From: an uncultured Myxococcales bacterium
GTDB taxonomy: Bacteria > Myxococcota_A > UBA9042
Assembly: GCA_903929795.1 (NCBI GenBank)
Contig: CAIYWC010000189.1
Location: 72,474-136,473 of the forward strand
Direction: 5' to 3'
DNA: 64,000 nt
Under the pieces are notes generated by a model. It was not told the origin of the DNA. It did no database searches and worked only from the letters and a program-made list of their open reading frames with translations. Of this stretch, positions 45,608-55,800 are shown one piece after another (position 1 is the first letter of the stretch; every line of letters starts with the position of its first letter). Position numbers and translations under genes: made by a program.

Positions 45608-46275
45608 GGCCGCGCCTCCAGGCGAAAGCCAATCCCGCGCACGGTGGCGATGCTCAGACGATCCGTATGCAACTCGTTGAGTTTCTTACGTAAATAACCG
45701 ACGTAGACGTCAACAACGTTGGCCTCGCCGTCAAATGCGGTGCCCCAGACGCCGCTCAGCAGCTCCGTGCGCGTGCAGGCGTCGCCGACGCGTTCGAACA
45801 GCAGGCGCATCAGGGCAAATTCCCGCGCTGTCAAAGGCACTTCCACGCCCGCGCGCGCCAGCACCCGCCGATTGGCGTCCAGCTCCACATCACCCGCGCG
45901 CAACGCGCCAACGGTCGTGGAGCGACGGTGCAGCGCCTCCAAGCGCGCGAGCAATTCCTCAAAATCAAATGGTTTTACCAAGTAGTCATCCGCGCCTGCC
46001 CGCAGACCGGCGATCCGCTCTGGCACGCTGGACCGCGCCGTGAGCATCAGCACCGGCATCGTGCAGCCGCGCGCCCGCCACGCGCGCAGGACGGTCAGCC
46101 CGTCGGCGTCCGGCAGCGACCAGTCGAGGATCGCCACGTCGTAATCCAGCGCCAGACCCTGATCGATCGCGTCCGTGCCACGCTCGCAGGCGTCCACGGT
46201 GTGGCCTTCTTCGGTCAGGCCGCGCGCAATCACCCGCGCCAAGCGCGTCTCGTCCTCCACAAGCAGCAGTTTCAT
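45604..46275 (-). CDS. OmpR-family response regulator (CusR/CzcR-like)
   Basis: MKLLLVEDE start at 46275 with GGAGAAAAACC upstream. Winged-helix C-terminus. Overlaps the HK start and the czcA stop by 4 nt each. The 399-aa ORF extension was rejected. Confidence 0.9.
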   Translation of the reverse strand: MKLLLVEDETRLARVIARGLTEEGHTVDACERGTDAIDQGLALDYDVAILDWSLPDADGLTVLRAWRARGCTMPVLMLTARSSVPERIAGLRAGADDYLVKPFDFEELLARLEALHRRSTTVGALRAGDVELDANRRVLARAGVEVPLTAREFALMRLLFERVGDACTRTELLSGVWGTAFDGEANVVDVYVGYLRKKLNELHTDRLSIATVRGIGFRLEARP

Positions 46276-49200
46276 TTGGTTTTTCTCCGCCCAAGCCACG
46301 CAACCAGGCTCGGCAACACAAGCAGTGTCAGCGCCGTCGACGTCACGAGGCCGCCGACCACCACAGTCGCCAGCGGTCTCTGCACCTCCGCGCCCGGGCC
46401 CGTCGCCAGCATCATCGGCACAAAGCCCAGCATCGCGACCATCGCCGTCATCAGCACCGGCCGCAGCCGGCCCGCAGCCGCTTCGCGCGCGGAATTCACC
46501 GCGTCCATGCCGCTTTCCTGCAGCTTGAGGACCTGCGCCATCAGCACCACGCCGTTGAGCACCGCGATGCCGGACAGCGCGATGAAGCCGATCGCCGCCG
46601 ACATCGACACCGGCAGGCCGCGCAGCGCCAATGCCATCATGCCGCCCACGCCGGCGAACGGCACGTTGAGCAGGATCAGCAGCGCCGGACCCACGCGGCC
46701 GAACGTGAAAATCAGCACGCCGATGATGAGCAGCAGCACGATCGGGATCACGACCGCCATCCGCGCCCGGGCGTCCTGGTACGTGCGCCACTGGCCGCCC
46801 CACTCCAGCCGCAGCCCGATCGGCAGCTTGACCTGCGCGACGGCCGTTTGCGCCGCCGTCACCACGTCGCCCAGCTCAGCGCCGCGCACGTTGAAACCCA
46901 CGACCAGCCGGCGCTCACCGGCGTTGCGGCTGACCAAGCCAGGCGTCTCCTGCAGGTCCACGTGTGCGATCTTCGCCAACGCAATCAGGTCGCCCGCGCT
47001 GTTGGGCAGCGGCATCTCGCGCAGCGTAAACGCCGTCGGCGTCTGGGCCATGCGCACCCGCACCGGGATGCGCACCGGGCCGTCGTAGGTCATGCCCACC
47101 GGCACGCCGGTCTTGACGGCCTGCACCACGTCCAGGATGTCCGCCGCCGAAAAGCCCTGCTGCGCCGCGCCCAGCGCGTCCGGAATCACCTGCATGGTCG
47201 CCACGGCCGGCGGCGCGAGAATCCGCACATCTTCCGCGCCCTTGGCTTGGCGGATCGCCGCGGCGACGTGCTCGGCCACGGTGCGCAGCGCAGTCAGATC
47301 ATCGCCGTACACGCTGACGTCCACGTCGGTCACCGAGCCGCCCAGCAGCTCGTTGAAGCGCATCTGGATCGGCTGCGTAAACGCCGCGTCGCTGCCCGGA
47401 TCGCGGCGCTTGAGCACGGCCGCCATGTCGGCGATCAACGCGTCGCGATCCAGCCCCGGCCGCCACTGCGCCTTGGGTTTGAGGCGCACGAACACATCCG
47501 CTTGCTCCAAGCCCATGATATCCGTAGCGACTTCCGGGCTGCCCACGCGCGACACGACTTGCGCGACCTCCGGCACGTGCGTCAGGAGGGCCTGCTCCAT
47601 GCGCGTCGAGGCGTCCACCGCGGTCTCCAGCGACACGTCCGGCGAGCGCGTCGTCTGCACCACCAGATCGCCTTCGTCCAGCTGCGGCACAAACGAGGAG
47701 CCCGCGCGCAGCACCAGCCACAGCCCCAGCGCGAGCAGCCCGAGCGCACCGGCAAAGACGACGAGCGGGTGGGCAATCGCCCGGTGCAGCACCGGCAGGT
47801 ACAGCTGGTGGGCGGTGCGCAGCAAGAAGGGCTCGCGCTTGGGCACGTCGCGGGACCGCAGTAGCAGGCTCGCCGCCGCGGGGATGAACGTCAGCGACAG
47901 TAGCAGCGCGCCGGCCAGCGCAAAGATCACGGTCGCCGCCATCGGCCGGAACATCTTGCCGTCGACGCCCTGCAGCGACAGCACCGGCACGTAGACCAGC
48001 AGGATCACCAGCACGCTGAAGAACACCGGCCTGGCCACGCCAACCGCGCAATCTTCCATGCGTTCCTGTAGCGGCCGGGTGTCGTCGCGCGCCTGCAGCA
48101 CGTGGAACAGCCCTTCCACCATGACCACGGCGCCGTCGACCAGCAGGCCAAAATCGATGGCGCCGAGGCTCATCAGGTTGCCGGCAATGTCGCCCCAGAC
48201 CATCCCCGCCGCGGCGACCACCATGCTCAGCGGAATGCACAGCGCCACCAGCAGCCCAGCGCGCAGGCTGCCCAGCAACAGCAGCAGCACCGCGACGACC
48301 AGCAGCCCGCCCTCCAACAGGTTCTTGCCGACGGTCCGCAGCGTCTTGCCAACCAGCTCCGCGCGGTCGTAGATCAGGTCCAGGCGCACGTCCGGCGGCA
48401 GGATCGCCCGTACTTTGGGCATCTGCGCGCGCACGCCGTGGGTCACTTCCAGGGCGTTGGCGTCGCGCAGCATCTGGACCATCACGTACACCGTCTCGCC
48501 CTGGCCGTTCGCCGTCGCCGAGCCGATCCGCGGCAGCGCGCCCTCCACAACGTCCGCAACGTCGCTCACCCGCACGGACGTCGGCTCGCCCGGCTGCGGT
48601 GCGCGGACAATCGCCGCCGCCAGCTGCGCCGGCTGGGTCGGCCAGGCCACCGCCCGCAGCAGCACCTGACCACCGCCCGCGGCCACCGACGCCCCCGGCG
48701 ACGCGCCGATCGCCTTGTGCAGCGCGCCGATCAAGTCCGCCACGGTCAGGTGCAGCCGCGCCAAATCCGCTGGCCGCGCCAGCACTTCCAGGCTGCGCCG
48801 CTCGCCGCCCCACCAATTCACTTCGACCACGCCCGGCACCTGCCGCAGCAGCGGCGCGATGCGCAGCTGCACCAACTCCAGCAGTTCCGCCTTGGTTCGC
48901 TCCGGCGAGCGCACGGCAAAGTGGTAGATTTCGCCCAGACCGCCGGTCAGCGGACCCAGCTCCGGCGGCTCCACGCCCACCGGCAGGTCCGCCGTCACCA
49001 GGTTCAGCCGCTCCTGGACGACCTGACGGGCGCGGTAACCATCGACATCGTCAGCAAAAACTGCCGTGACCGACGACAAGCCGTAGCGCGACAGGCTGCG
49101 CTGCGCCACCATGCCCGGCACGCCGCCCAGCGCCGTCTCGATCGGCCGCGTGACCAGACGCTCCACCTCGACCGGCACCAGCCCCGGCGCGCGCGTCAGC

Positions 49201-49346
49201 ACCAGCACTTGGTTCGACGTGACGTCCGGCAGCGCGTCCAGCCGCAGCCGCACGCCGTAAAAGGCCGCCAGCCCGACCAGCATCGCCGTCAGCACCAGTA
49301 CGAAACCGCGGTGATGCAGGGACCAGCGTGTCAGCGCCTCGATCAT
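46272..49346 (-). CDS. czcA: CusA/CzcA-family heavy-metal efflux RND pump
   Basis: 1024 aa with 12 TM. Start MIEALTRWSLHHRGFVLVLTAML at 49346. Confidence 0.9.
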   Translation of the reverse strand: MIEALTRWSLHHRGFVLVLTAMLVGLAAFYGVRLRLDALPDVTSNQVLVLTRAPGLVPVEVERLVTRPIETALGGVPGMVAQRSLSRYGLSSVTAVFADDVDGYRARQVVQERLNLVTADLPVGVEPPELGPLTGGLGEIYHFAVRSPERTKAELLELVQLRIAPLLRQVPGVVEVNWWGGERRSLEVLARPADLARLHLTVADLIGALHKAIGASPGASVAAGGGQVLLRAVAWPTQPAQLAAAIVRAPQPGEPTSVRVSDVADVVEGALPRIGSATANGQGETVYVMVQMLRDANALEVTHGVRAQMPKVRAILPPDVRLDLIYDRAELVGKTLRTVGKNLLEGGLLVVAVLLLLLGSLRAGLLVALCIPLSMVVAAAGMVWGDIAGNLMSLGAIDFGLLVDGAVVMVEGLFHVLQARDDTRPLQERMEDCAVGVARPVFFSVLVILLVYVPVLSLQGVDGKMFRPMAATVIFALAGALLLSLTFIPAAASLLLRSRDVPKREPFLLRTAHQLYLPVLHRAIAHPLVVFAGALGLLALGLWLVLRAGSSFVPQLDEGDLVVQTTRSPDVSLETAVDASTRMEQALLTHVPEVAQVVSRVGSPEVATDIMGLEQADVFVRLKPKAQWRPGLDRDALIADMAAVLKRRDPGSDAAFTQPIQMRFNELLGGSVTDVDVSVYGDDLTALRTVAEHVAAAIRQAKGAEDVRILAPPAVATMQVIPDALGAAQQGFSAADILDVVQAVKTGVPVGMTYDGPVRIPVRVRMAQTPTAFTLREMPLPNSAGDLIALAKIAHVDLQETPGLVSRNAGERRLVVGFNVRGAELGDVVTAAQTAVAQVKLPIGLRLEWGGQWRTYQDARARMAVVIPIVLLLIIGVLIFTFGRVGPALLILLNVPFAGVGGMMALALRGLPVSMSAAIGFIALSGIAVLNGVVLMAQVLKLQESGMDAVNSAREAAAGRLRPVLMTAMVAMLGFVPMMLATGPGAEVQRPLATVVVGGLVTSTALTLLVLPSLVAWLGRRKTK

Positions 49347-49347
49347 G

Positions 49348-50409
49348 TCACTGCCCCGCTTCCGGCGGCCGGGCGAGCGGCGACCGATCGGCCTGAGCGG
49401 CGATGACATCCGCTTTTTGCACACCGCGCACGATCGCGGATGTGCCTGAAACGGCAAGGACTTCCACGTGGCGGAACACGGCGTGATCGCCCTGCTTGAG
49501 CACGACCGCCGCGCCGTCCGGCCGCTGCACCAGCGCGCGCGCCGGCACCTGGAACGCATCCTGCGGCAGCGACGCGACGACGAGCCGCCCGCGCAGGTTG
49601 GTCGGCAGGTCCATTGGCACCGCGGGCTCAAACCAGCGCACCACGCTGCCGTCCTGGGGGTCGATGGCGGTCGCCGTCACGGCATCCTGCAACGCAATCG
49701 CGGCACCAACCGTCGGCTCAAACCGCACGCGCACGCCCGCGGGTAGCGCCTGGTGCAAGTGCGCCTCGATTCGCGCCGCGCGATCGGCCACGAGCTGCAC
49801 CAGCGGCGGCGCGCCCGGCTCCGCCAGACCGCCCAGTTCCGCCGTCACGGCCCGCACAACGCCGGCAATCGGCGCCCGCAGCGTCCACAGGCCCGACTGC
49901 TGGACCTCGTTGGCCGCCTGATCGTCCAGCCCCGCGCCGCGCAGGATCGCCTCGGCGGCCGCTTTTTGCCCTTGGATATCCGCCAATTGCGCCTGCGCCT
50001 CGAACAGGTCCGCGGTGCGCAGCAGACCGTCCTTGCGCAGCGCGGTCAGCTCCTTGACGTGGGCTTCATAGGCAACTTGGCGTTTTTGCGCGGAATTGCG
50101 CGCCGAAAGCGCGGCAATGAGCTCCGGCGCGCGCAGGCGCACGAGCGCATCGCCTTCGCGCACGCGATCGCCCGGGCGGGTCAGCACGCGCTCGATCCGC
50201 CCGCGCACCGTCGTCGTCAGCAGCGCGACGCCGCCCGGTGCAGCCACCGTCCACGCGGTCGCCTCCAGAATCGCCTGATCCGTCGCGGGCGTCACGGTCA
50301 GCCAACGCGTCTCCACGCTGGAGGCGCCGGTCGCCGCAGCTTCAGGCACAGGCGGGGGCGACGTATTGCCGCAGCCTATCAGCGCGACACAGAACCAAAA
50401 GGACCTCAC
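49348..50409 (-). CDS. Efflux RND periplasmic adaptor (membrane fusion protein, CzcB/CusB-like)
   Basis: GTG 50409 with GGAGG 7 nt upstream. Lipobox ALIGC. Beta-barrel/lipoyl/hairpin pattern. Confidence 0.8.
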   Translation of the reverse strand: MRSFWFCVALIGCGNTSPPPVPEAAATGASSVETRWLTVTPATDQAILEATAWTVAAPGGVALLTTTVRGRIERVLTRPGDRVREGDALVRLRAPELIAALSARNSAQKRQVAYEAHVKELTALRKDGLLRTADLFEAQAQLADIQGQKAAAEAILRGAGLDDQAANEVQQSGLWTLRAPIAGVVRAVTAELGGLAEPGAPPLVQLVADRAARIEAHLHQALPAGVRVRFEPTVGAAIALQDAVTATAIDPQDGSVVRWFEPAVPMDLPTNLRGRLVVASLPQDAFQVPARALVQRPDGAAVVLKQGDHAVFRHVEVLAVSGTSAIVRGVQKADVIAAQADRSPLARPPEAGQ

Positions 50410-51650
50410 GGCTGGCCTCCACTGCTGGGTTCGGCGCGCTCGGTGAGCGCCGCGTGCAACAGCCACGCCTTGATTTCAGCCCACCGGCGATCGGTCTCAG
50501 CCTCGGTCAGGCGCCGGTTGGCCTCGCTGCGGTCGCGTCGGGCCCGCAGGACCTCAAAAACCGTCGCCGCGCCCCGGGCAAACGCCTCCTCGCGCAGCCG
50601 CACAAGCTCCTCGACCGCTGGTACAATCTTGAGCCGCAGCACGGCCTCCCGCTCCCGGCTGTGCGCCACCTCGTGCCACGCCATCGCGAGCGCGTGCGCG
50701 CCTTCATGGCTCGCCTGCGCCGCTTCGCCTTCTGCGCGCGCCGCCTGCTCCGACGCCACCGCCGTCGCGCGCTGACCGGAGTCAAACGCCGCCCAGCGGA
50801 TACCAACCGTCGCCAGCGCCTGCATGTCGCCCGCCGCGTCGCGCTGCAAGAGCCCGCCCAGCTGCAGTGTCGAGGCGTGCATCGCCCGGGTCTCCGCCAT
50901 CCGCGCGCGTTCCGCGTCCGCCTGCAGCTGCCGCGTGCGCGCTTCCGGCAGCGCGGCGGACTGCGCGACCAACTGCTGCCACTGCGCGGGATCCGGCAGC
51001 GTCACTTGGGGCGGCTGACCGGTCGCCTGCGGCAGCGGGTCCGGCGGCAAGGCACACTGGCGCGCCAGCTCAGCGGCGCGGTCGTGGACTTCGCCTTCGT
51101 AAAACACCGCGCGCAGCTCCGCTTCACCCGTGAATGCACGCGCTTCCGCCGCATCGGCCGCCGTGAGCGCACCGTGTTGCGCGGCCTTTTGCGTCACGGC
51201 TTGAAGCGCCGCCGCGAGCCCCTGCTCCGCCTGCGCGGCCTGCAAAAGCTTTTGAGCCTCAGCGACTTGCAGCCATGCGTGCGCCGCATCGAGCTTCAGG
51301 CGGAGTTGGCGCGCCCGGACGTCCGCCAGCAGCACCGCGCGCTCGGCCCGGGCCGCGTCCTCGCGCGTTTGGCCCAGATTGCCCAAGTTCCAGGACTGCG
51401 CGAGCATGAGCTGCACCGCCGGGCCTGTGCCGCTGGGTCCAAAACCGATGCCCGGGCCGAGCATCGCCTCCGGGTTACCCGAGACAGCCGGCAGCGCGCG
51501 ATCCAAATCGGTGCGAATCTGCAAGGCTTTTTGTGCGGCCTGCAGCTGCGGCAAGTGGGACGTCAGGCCGATTGCCGCGTCAAAGTCCAGCGCGTGCGCG
51601 GGTGGCGCAAGCAGCAAAGTGGCGAGGAGGGCGTGCCTGAAGATCCGCAT
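50406..51650 (-). CDS. TolC-family outer-membrane efflux protein (CzcC-like)
   Basis: Signal peptide MRIFRHALLATLLLAPPAHA|LD. Two ~200-aa coiled-coil repeats. Confidence 0.8.
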   Translation of the reverse strand: MRIFRHALLATLLLAPPAHALDFDAAIGLTSHLPQLQAAQKALQIRTDLDRALPAVSGNPEAMLGPGIGFGPSGTGPAVQLMLAQSWNLGNLGQTREDAARAERAVLLADVRARQLRLKLDAAHAWLQVAEAQKLLQAAQAEQGLAAALQAVTQKAAQHGALTAADAAEARAFTGEAELRAVFYEGEVHDRAAELARQCALPPDPLPQATGQPPQVTLPDPAQWQQLVAQSAALPEARTRQLQADAERARMAETRAMHASTLQLGGLLQRDAAGDMQALATVGIRWAAFDSGQRATAVASEQAARAEGEAAQASHEGAHALAMAWHEVAHSREREAVLRLKIVPAVEELVRLREEAFARGAATVFEVLRARRDRSEANRRLTEAETDRRWAEIKAWLLHAALTERAEPSSGGQP

Positions 51651-51697
51651 CGGTGGCCATGATGGCGCAAAAACCGCGACCGGTCTTGTGAGTTGTT

Positions 51698-51715
51698 TAA
51701 GATTCTTCTCAGAAT
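51698..51715. promoter_or_regulatory. Perfect 7-4-7 palindrome AGATTCTtctcAGAATCT in an AT-rich island of the czcC/msrB divergent promoter region; candidate operator
   Basis: Lies in a ~30-bp AT-rich patch (GTTGTTTAAGATTCTTCTCAGAATCTG). It is 65 nt upstream of the czcC start and 114 nt upstream of the msrB start. Confidence 0.35.
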
Positions 51716-51828
51716 CTGCGGCGCTTCGACAGCCAACCGCTTGGAATCTCCGGAAATCGCCGGATCCGCGCTTGCGCACGCGCCCGCCAGCCGCGAGACT
51801 TGGCCCGTCGATACCTTTGCGGAGCCCC

Positions 51829-52296
51829 ATGACCCGTCACCTCAGCGCTTCCGGACACGATCTGACCCCGTTGACGCCCGGGCAGATCGCACACTTGGCC
51901 GCGCAGCTGACCCCGCGCCAACGCGCGATCCTGCTGAACGCAGCAACCGAGGCGCCGTTTTGCAGCGGCCTGCTGGAGAACAAAGGCCCGGGCGTGTACG
52001 TCTGCGCGCTGGGCGGCCTACCGCTCTTTCGCGCCAGCGCCAAGTTCGAGAGCGGCACGGGCTGGCCGAGCTTTTTTGCGCCCTACGATCCGGAGCATAT
52101 CGTCGAGCGCGTGGACCTGAGCCACGGGATGCGCCGGGTCGAGATCCTGGACGCGCGTTCAGGCGGCCACCTGGGGCACCTGTTTGACGATGGGCCGGCG
52201 CCGACGGGCCGCCGCTACTGCTTGAACGGTGAGGCGCTCGTCTTCATCCCTGACGGCGCGCCGCTGCCGCCCGAGTCCCAGCCTGCACGGGAGTAG
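51829..52296 (+). CDS. msrB: Peptide-methionine (R)-S-oxide reductase
   Basis: SelR core ...FESGTGWPSF... and RYCLNGEAL. Cys pairs CSGLL/CALGG. Confidence 0.9.
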   Translation: MTRHLSASGHDLTPLTPGQIAHLAAQLTPRQRAILLNAATEAPFCSGLLENKGPGVYVCALGGLPLFRASAKFESGTGWPSFFAPYDPEHIVERVDLSHGMRRVEILDARSGGHLGHLFDDGPAPTGRRYCLNGEALVFIPDGAPLPPESQPARE

Positions 52297-52299
52297 CGG

Positions 52300-52803
52300 A
52301 TGTTTGCTGTGCAACCGGGCGATTTTGCCGATAAAACAGCGCGTTATGCTGATCTGCTTGTCCAGCTGGACGCGCTTGTGAGCGACGATCGCGACGGGCT
52401 GGCGAATCTGGCAAACGCGTCCGCGCTGCTGGTGCAACTGCTGCCGGATCTGAACTGGGTGGGTTTTTACCTGGTGCGCGACGGCGCGCTGCGGCTGGGG
52501 CCGTTCCAAGGGCGCGTGGCGTGCGTGCACATCGCGTTCGGCCAAGGCGTTTGTGGGACGGCCGTGGCGGAACGGCGGACGGTCGTCGTCCCGGATGTGC
52601 GCGCATTTGCTGGGCATATTGCCTGTGACGCCGCGTCGCGGGCCGAGATTGTCGTGCCGCTGCTGGCCGGCGACCGGCTGCTGGGCGTGCTGGACTTGGA
52701 CAGCCCGCAGCTGGGGCGCTTTGACGACGCCGACGCCCATGGCCTCGAGCAGGTCGCGCGGCTTCTGGCGAGTCGGTCAGATTGGTCGCGCCTTGTCAGC
52801 TGA
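52300..52803 (+). CDS. msrC: GAF-domain free methionine-(R)-sulfoxide reductase (fRMsr/YebR family)
   Basis: Aligns throughout with E. coli YebR: NWVGFYLVRDGALRLGPFQGRVACVHIAFGQGVCGTAVAERRTVVVPDV..FAGHIACDAASRAEIVVPL. Confidence 0.8.
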   Translation: MFAVQPGDFADKTARYADLLVQLDALVSDDRDGLANLANASALLVQLLPDLNWVGFYLVRDGALRLGPFQGRVACVHIAFGQGVCGTAVAERRTVVVPDVRAFAGHIACDAASRAEIVVPLLAGDRLLGVLDLDSPQLGRFDDADAHGLEQVARLLASRSDWSRLVS

Positions 52804-52805
52804 AT

Positions 52806-55800
52806 TCACTGCGTAATCAGCAAAATTCCTGGCCAACCCATCGGCAACCACAGGCCAGTCGCCGTCTCCAGCACGTCGTAGGTCTGGCCTTGTACCGACC
52901 AGAACGCCTGGAACTGCGGCGCCAGTGGAGTGGTCACCTGCCACGTCTGCACGCCCGCGCCCCAGCCAATCGTCGCCAGCAACGTCTTGCCGTGCAGGCT
53001 CATGGCGCCGATCGGCGCGCCAGGATTCAGCGCCGCAACCACCGTGGGGGCATCCGGCAGGCTCACGTCCAGCACGAACAGCTGCGTCTGCGGCGTCGCC
53101 GCGGCGCCCGTCGCGGTTTTGGCGAGCCAAGTGTATTGCCAAGCCGCGACGTAGAGCGCAGCGCCGTTGACCACGACCGCGCCCGCAGAACCCGGCAGCA
53201 GCGTCTGGCCGGTCAGAAAAGCCTTGTCGCCCTCCAGGCTGAGCACGTCCAGCAGGCTCTGGATCTGGCCGTCCTGTGGCTGCGTCCCGGCTTGGGGCTG
53301 CCAGTCGAGGGCATACGCCTGTCCGCCATCCGCCGAGAAGCCGACGATCCAGCCCGGTACGTTGACCTTGCTCGCCAGCACCGGCGTCTGGGCGTCGGCC
53401 ACGTTCACGCGGTCCAGGTAGTATTTGCCATACCACGTCCCGTCCGCGCCTTGGGCCGATTCATAGTGCGTCAGCCACAGCGTATCGCCGGTGATCTGCG
53501 CGCCCCACGCCCACGCGGCATCCGGCAGCGACACCGAACCCTTGGGCGCCGGCTGGTCCGGATTGCTCAAGTCCAGCGCGGTGAGCGTCGTCGTGTACTG
53601 CCATGAAACGATGCAATTTTGCAACGGAATCCCGGCATCAACGTCCGTCTTGCTGTCGCCATCCGCTTGGGCGATTGCGTCGGCATCGGTCGCCGGAGCC
53701 GCGTCGGCATCGACGCCCGGCTTGCCCGGCTGGCTCGACGCGCCATCGGTGGACGGCACCGCGCAGGCATCCGCATCGCCATAAGTCGGCAGGGACTGGT
53801 AGCTGACCATCCAGAGCACGCTGGCGTTTTGCACCGCGCTGGACAGGTCATACCACTGGTTGTTCGCCGCCGTTGCCGTCCACGTGCCGCGCGCTTTGGG
53901 CTGCAGCGGATCGGTGAAATCAAAAGCACGCACGGCCTGACTGCCGATGAACCAGACGATGTTGCCCACGACTGACAGGCGGCCATAGGCCTCTGGCACC
54001 GTCAGTGTGGCGTCAAAATGCTGTTCATCGGTGCTGCCTTGCGTCAATGTCCGCAGCTGCGCGGTGTTCGACTGCCAATCCACCACCAGCGCGACCACGC
54101 GGCCGCTCACGCTCGCCAACGCCGTCACCTGCGCCGCCAACTCCAGCGTCGCCAGCGGCTTGGGATGATCGAGGTCGGCGATATCGATGCTCTCCAGCGC
54201 CTGATTGCCGACCCGCCACAGCTTGCTGCCCGCTGCCAAGCTGCGCAGCTGCCACCACGAGACGAGGTTGGAGCCAAACGTCCCGCGCGGCGTCAGCTTG
54301 CCGGCCGCGTCGAAGCTGACAATCTTCAAGGCATTCAGGCTTTTGCCATCGGCGCTTTGCATGGCGGCCAGGATCACGCCCGCGGCCGGCAGCACTTCCG
54401 TGCCCGCGCCCCACCACGCGTAGCCGCCATCAACCGTCGCGGAGCCCAACAGCTGCGGCTTCTTCGGATCGGCCAGCGACAGCATCTGGAGCGTCGTCTG
54501 CGCCGTGCCCGTCGCGCTGGTCTGCACGCCGCTCAACAGCCACAGGCCGGGCGTCGTCTGGCTCAGCGACGTCGCGAGCACCGGCTGCGTGCTGCCCGGC
54601 AGCGTGATGGCGGCCGTCTCGGTCGGCGCGGCGGTCAAATCGAGCACATGCAGCGTCGTCGGCATCGCCGTGCCACTCTTGGCTTCCCAACCGCCTTCAC
54701 TGACCAGCGCGACTGAACCGTCAAAGCGCACGTCCCACCAACCTTGCGGCGCGTTCGCTTGCCACACGCCCAGATCGGTCCACTGGCCGCCGACAACCTT
54801 GCGGTGCAGCACCTGTACGCCCACCGTCGGCGGCGTTCCATCCTGGTAGGTCGACGAGGTCACCGCCAGCTCGCCCGTCCCCAGCGCCGTCGCACTGCGC
54901 AAACCGGCGTACCAAATGTCATTGCCCGTCAGCGTCTGCGTGTCCGCCGCGGCGATCTTGACGGAACCATCCGCCGCCACAGCGATTTGCTGCGTCCGAT
55001 CCACGCGCTGCGACGTGTTGCCCACGGTTTGCCACTCCGAGCCGAGCACGATGACTTCGCCGGGTTGGATGACCGCCAGCGCGACGCCGCCGGCAAACTG
55101 CACGCTGCCCAAGAGCTTGGGATTCTTGGCATCTTGCTGATCGATGACGCTGACGCGGCCGCTTGGGGCCCATGCGCCGTAGCCGTAGCCAGCCCACGGC
55201 CACCACAGGCTCGCCGGGCCGGCGATGCTGGACACGGCGCCGCCGGTCGCGGTGCCTGTCGCGACATTGGACGCGCTGGCCATGCACGCGTAGGGGCCCC
55301 AGCACCAGCCCCACCACGGCGTTTGGCCGACGTCAGCGGTCACGACGATCAAGCGGTTGTCGATGCGGCGGCTGGCGACGACCCAGCCGGGCAAGTCAAT
55401 GCTCGCGGCGGTTTGCATCGCGCTTGGCGTGGCCAAGTCGACGACCTGCACCTGGCTGCCGATCGTCGATTGCAGCTGGCCGGGGCTGGTGCTCGTGAAC
55501 GCGTAGTGTTCGCTGAGGAGCACGGTCGCGACGCTGTTGGCGACATACATTTCCCGCGGCGTGCCTTGCGCCGCGACCCGACTCAACAGTTTTGGCGCCA
55601 GCGGGTCGCTGACATCGACGGCCTGAAGACCGCGAAATGCGTTGAGAACATAGAGCTTGTTGCCGTCCAGCCGGACCACGTCGCTGTCCTCGATCGAGAC
55701 GGTGGCGGTGTTGCTGCCATCGGGGCTTGCGGATTCTGCGCTGCCGGATTTGGCACTGCCGGTGCTGCCGGGTTTGAGCGACGTGAAGTCGGACTGGCGT

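Noticed and set aside
45604-46803. 399-aa version of the response regulator
   Set aside because: The N-terminal 176 aa are Gly/Arg/Asp-rich and overlap the czcA 3' end. The conserved receiver starts at MKLLLVEDE (46275).
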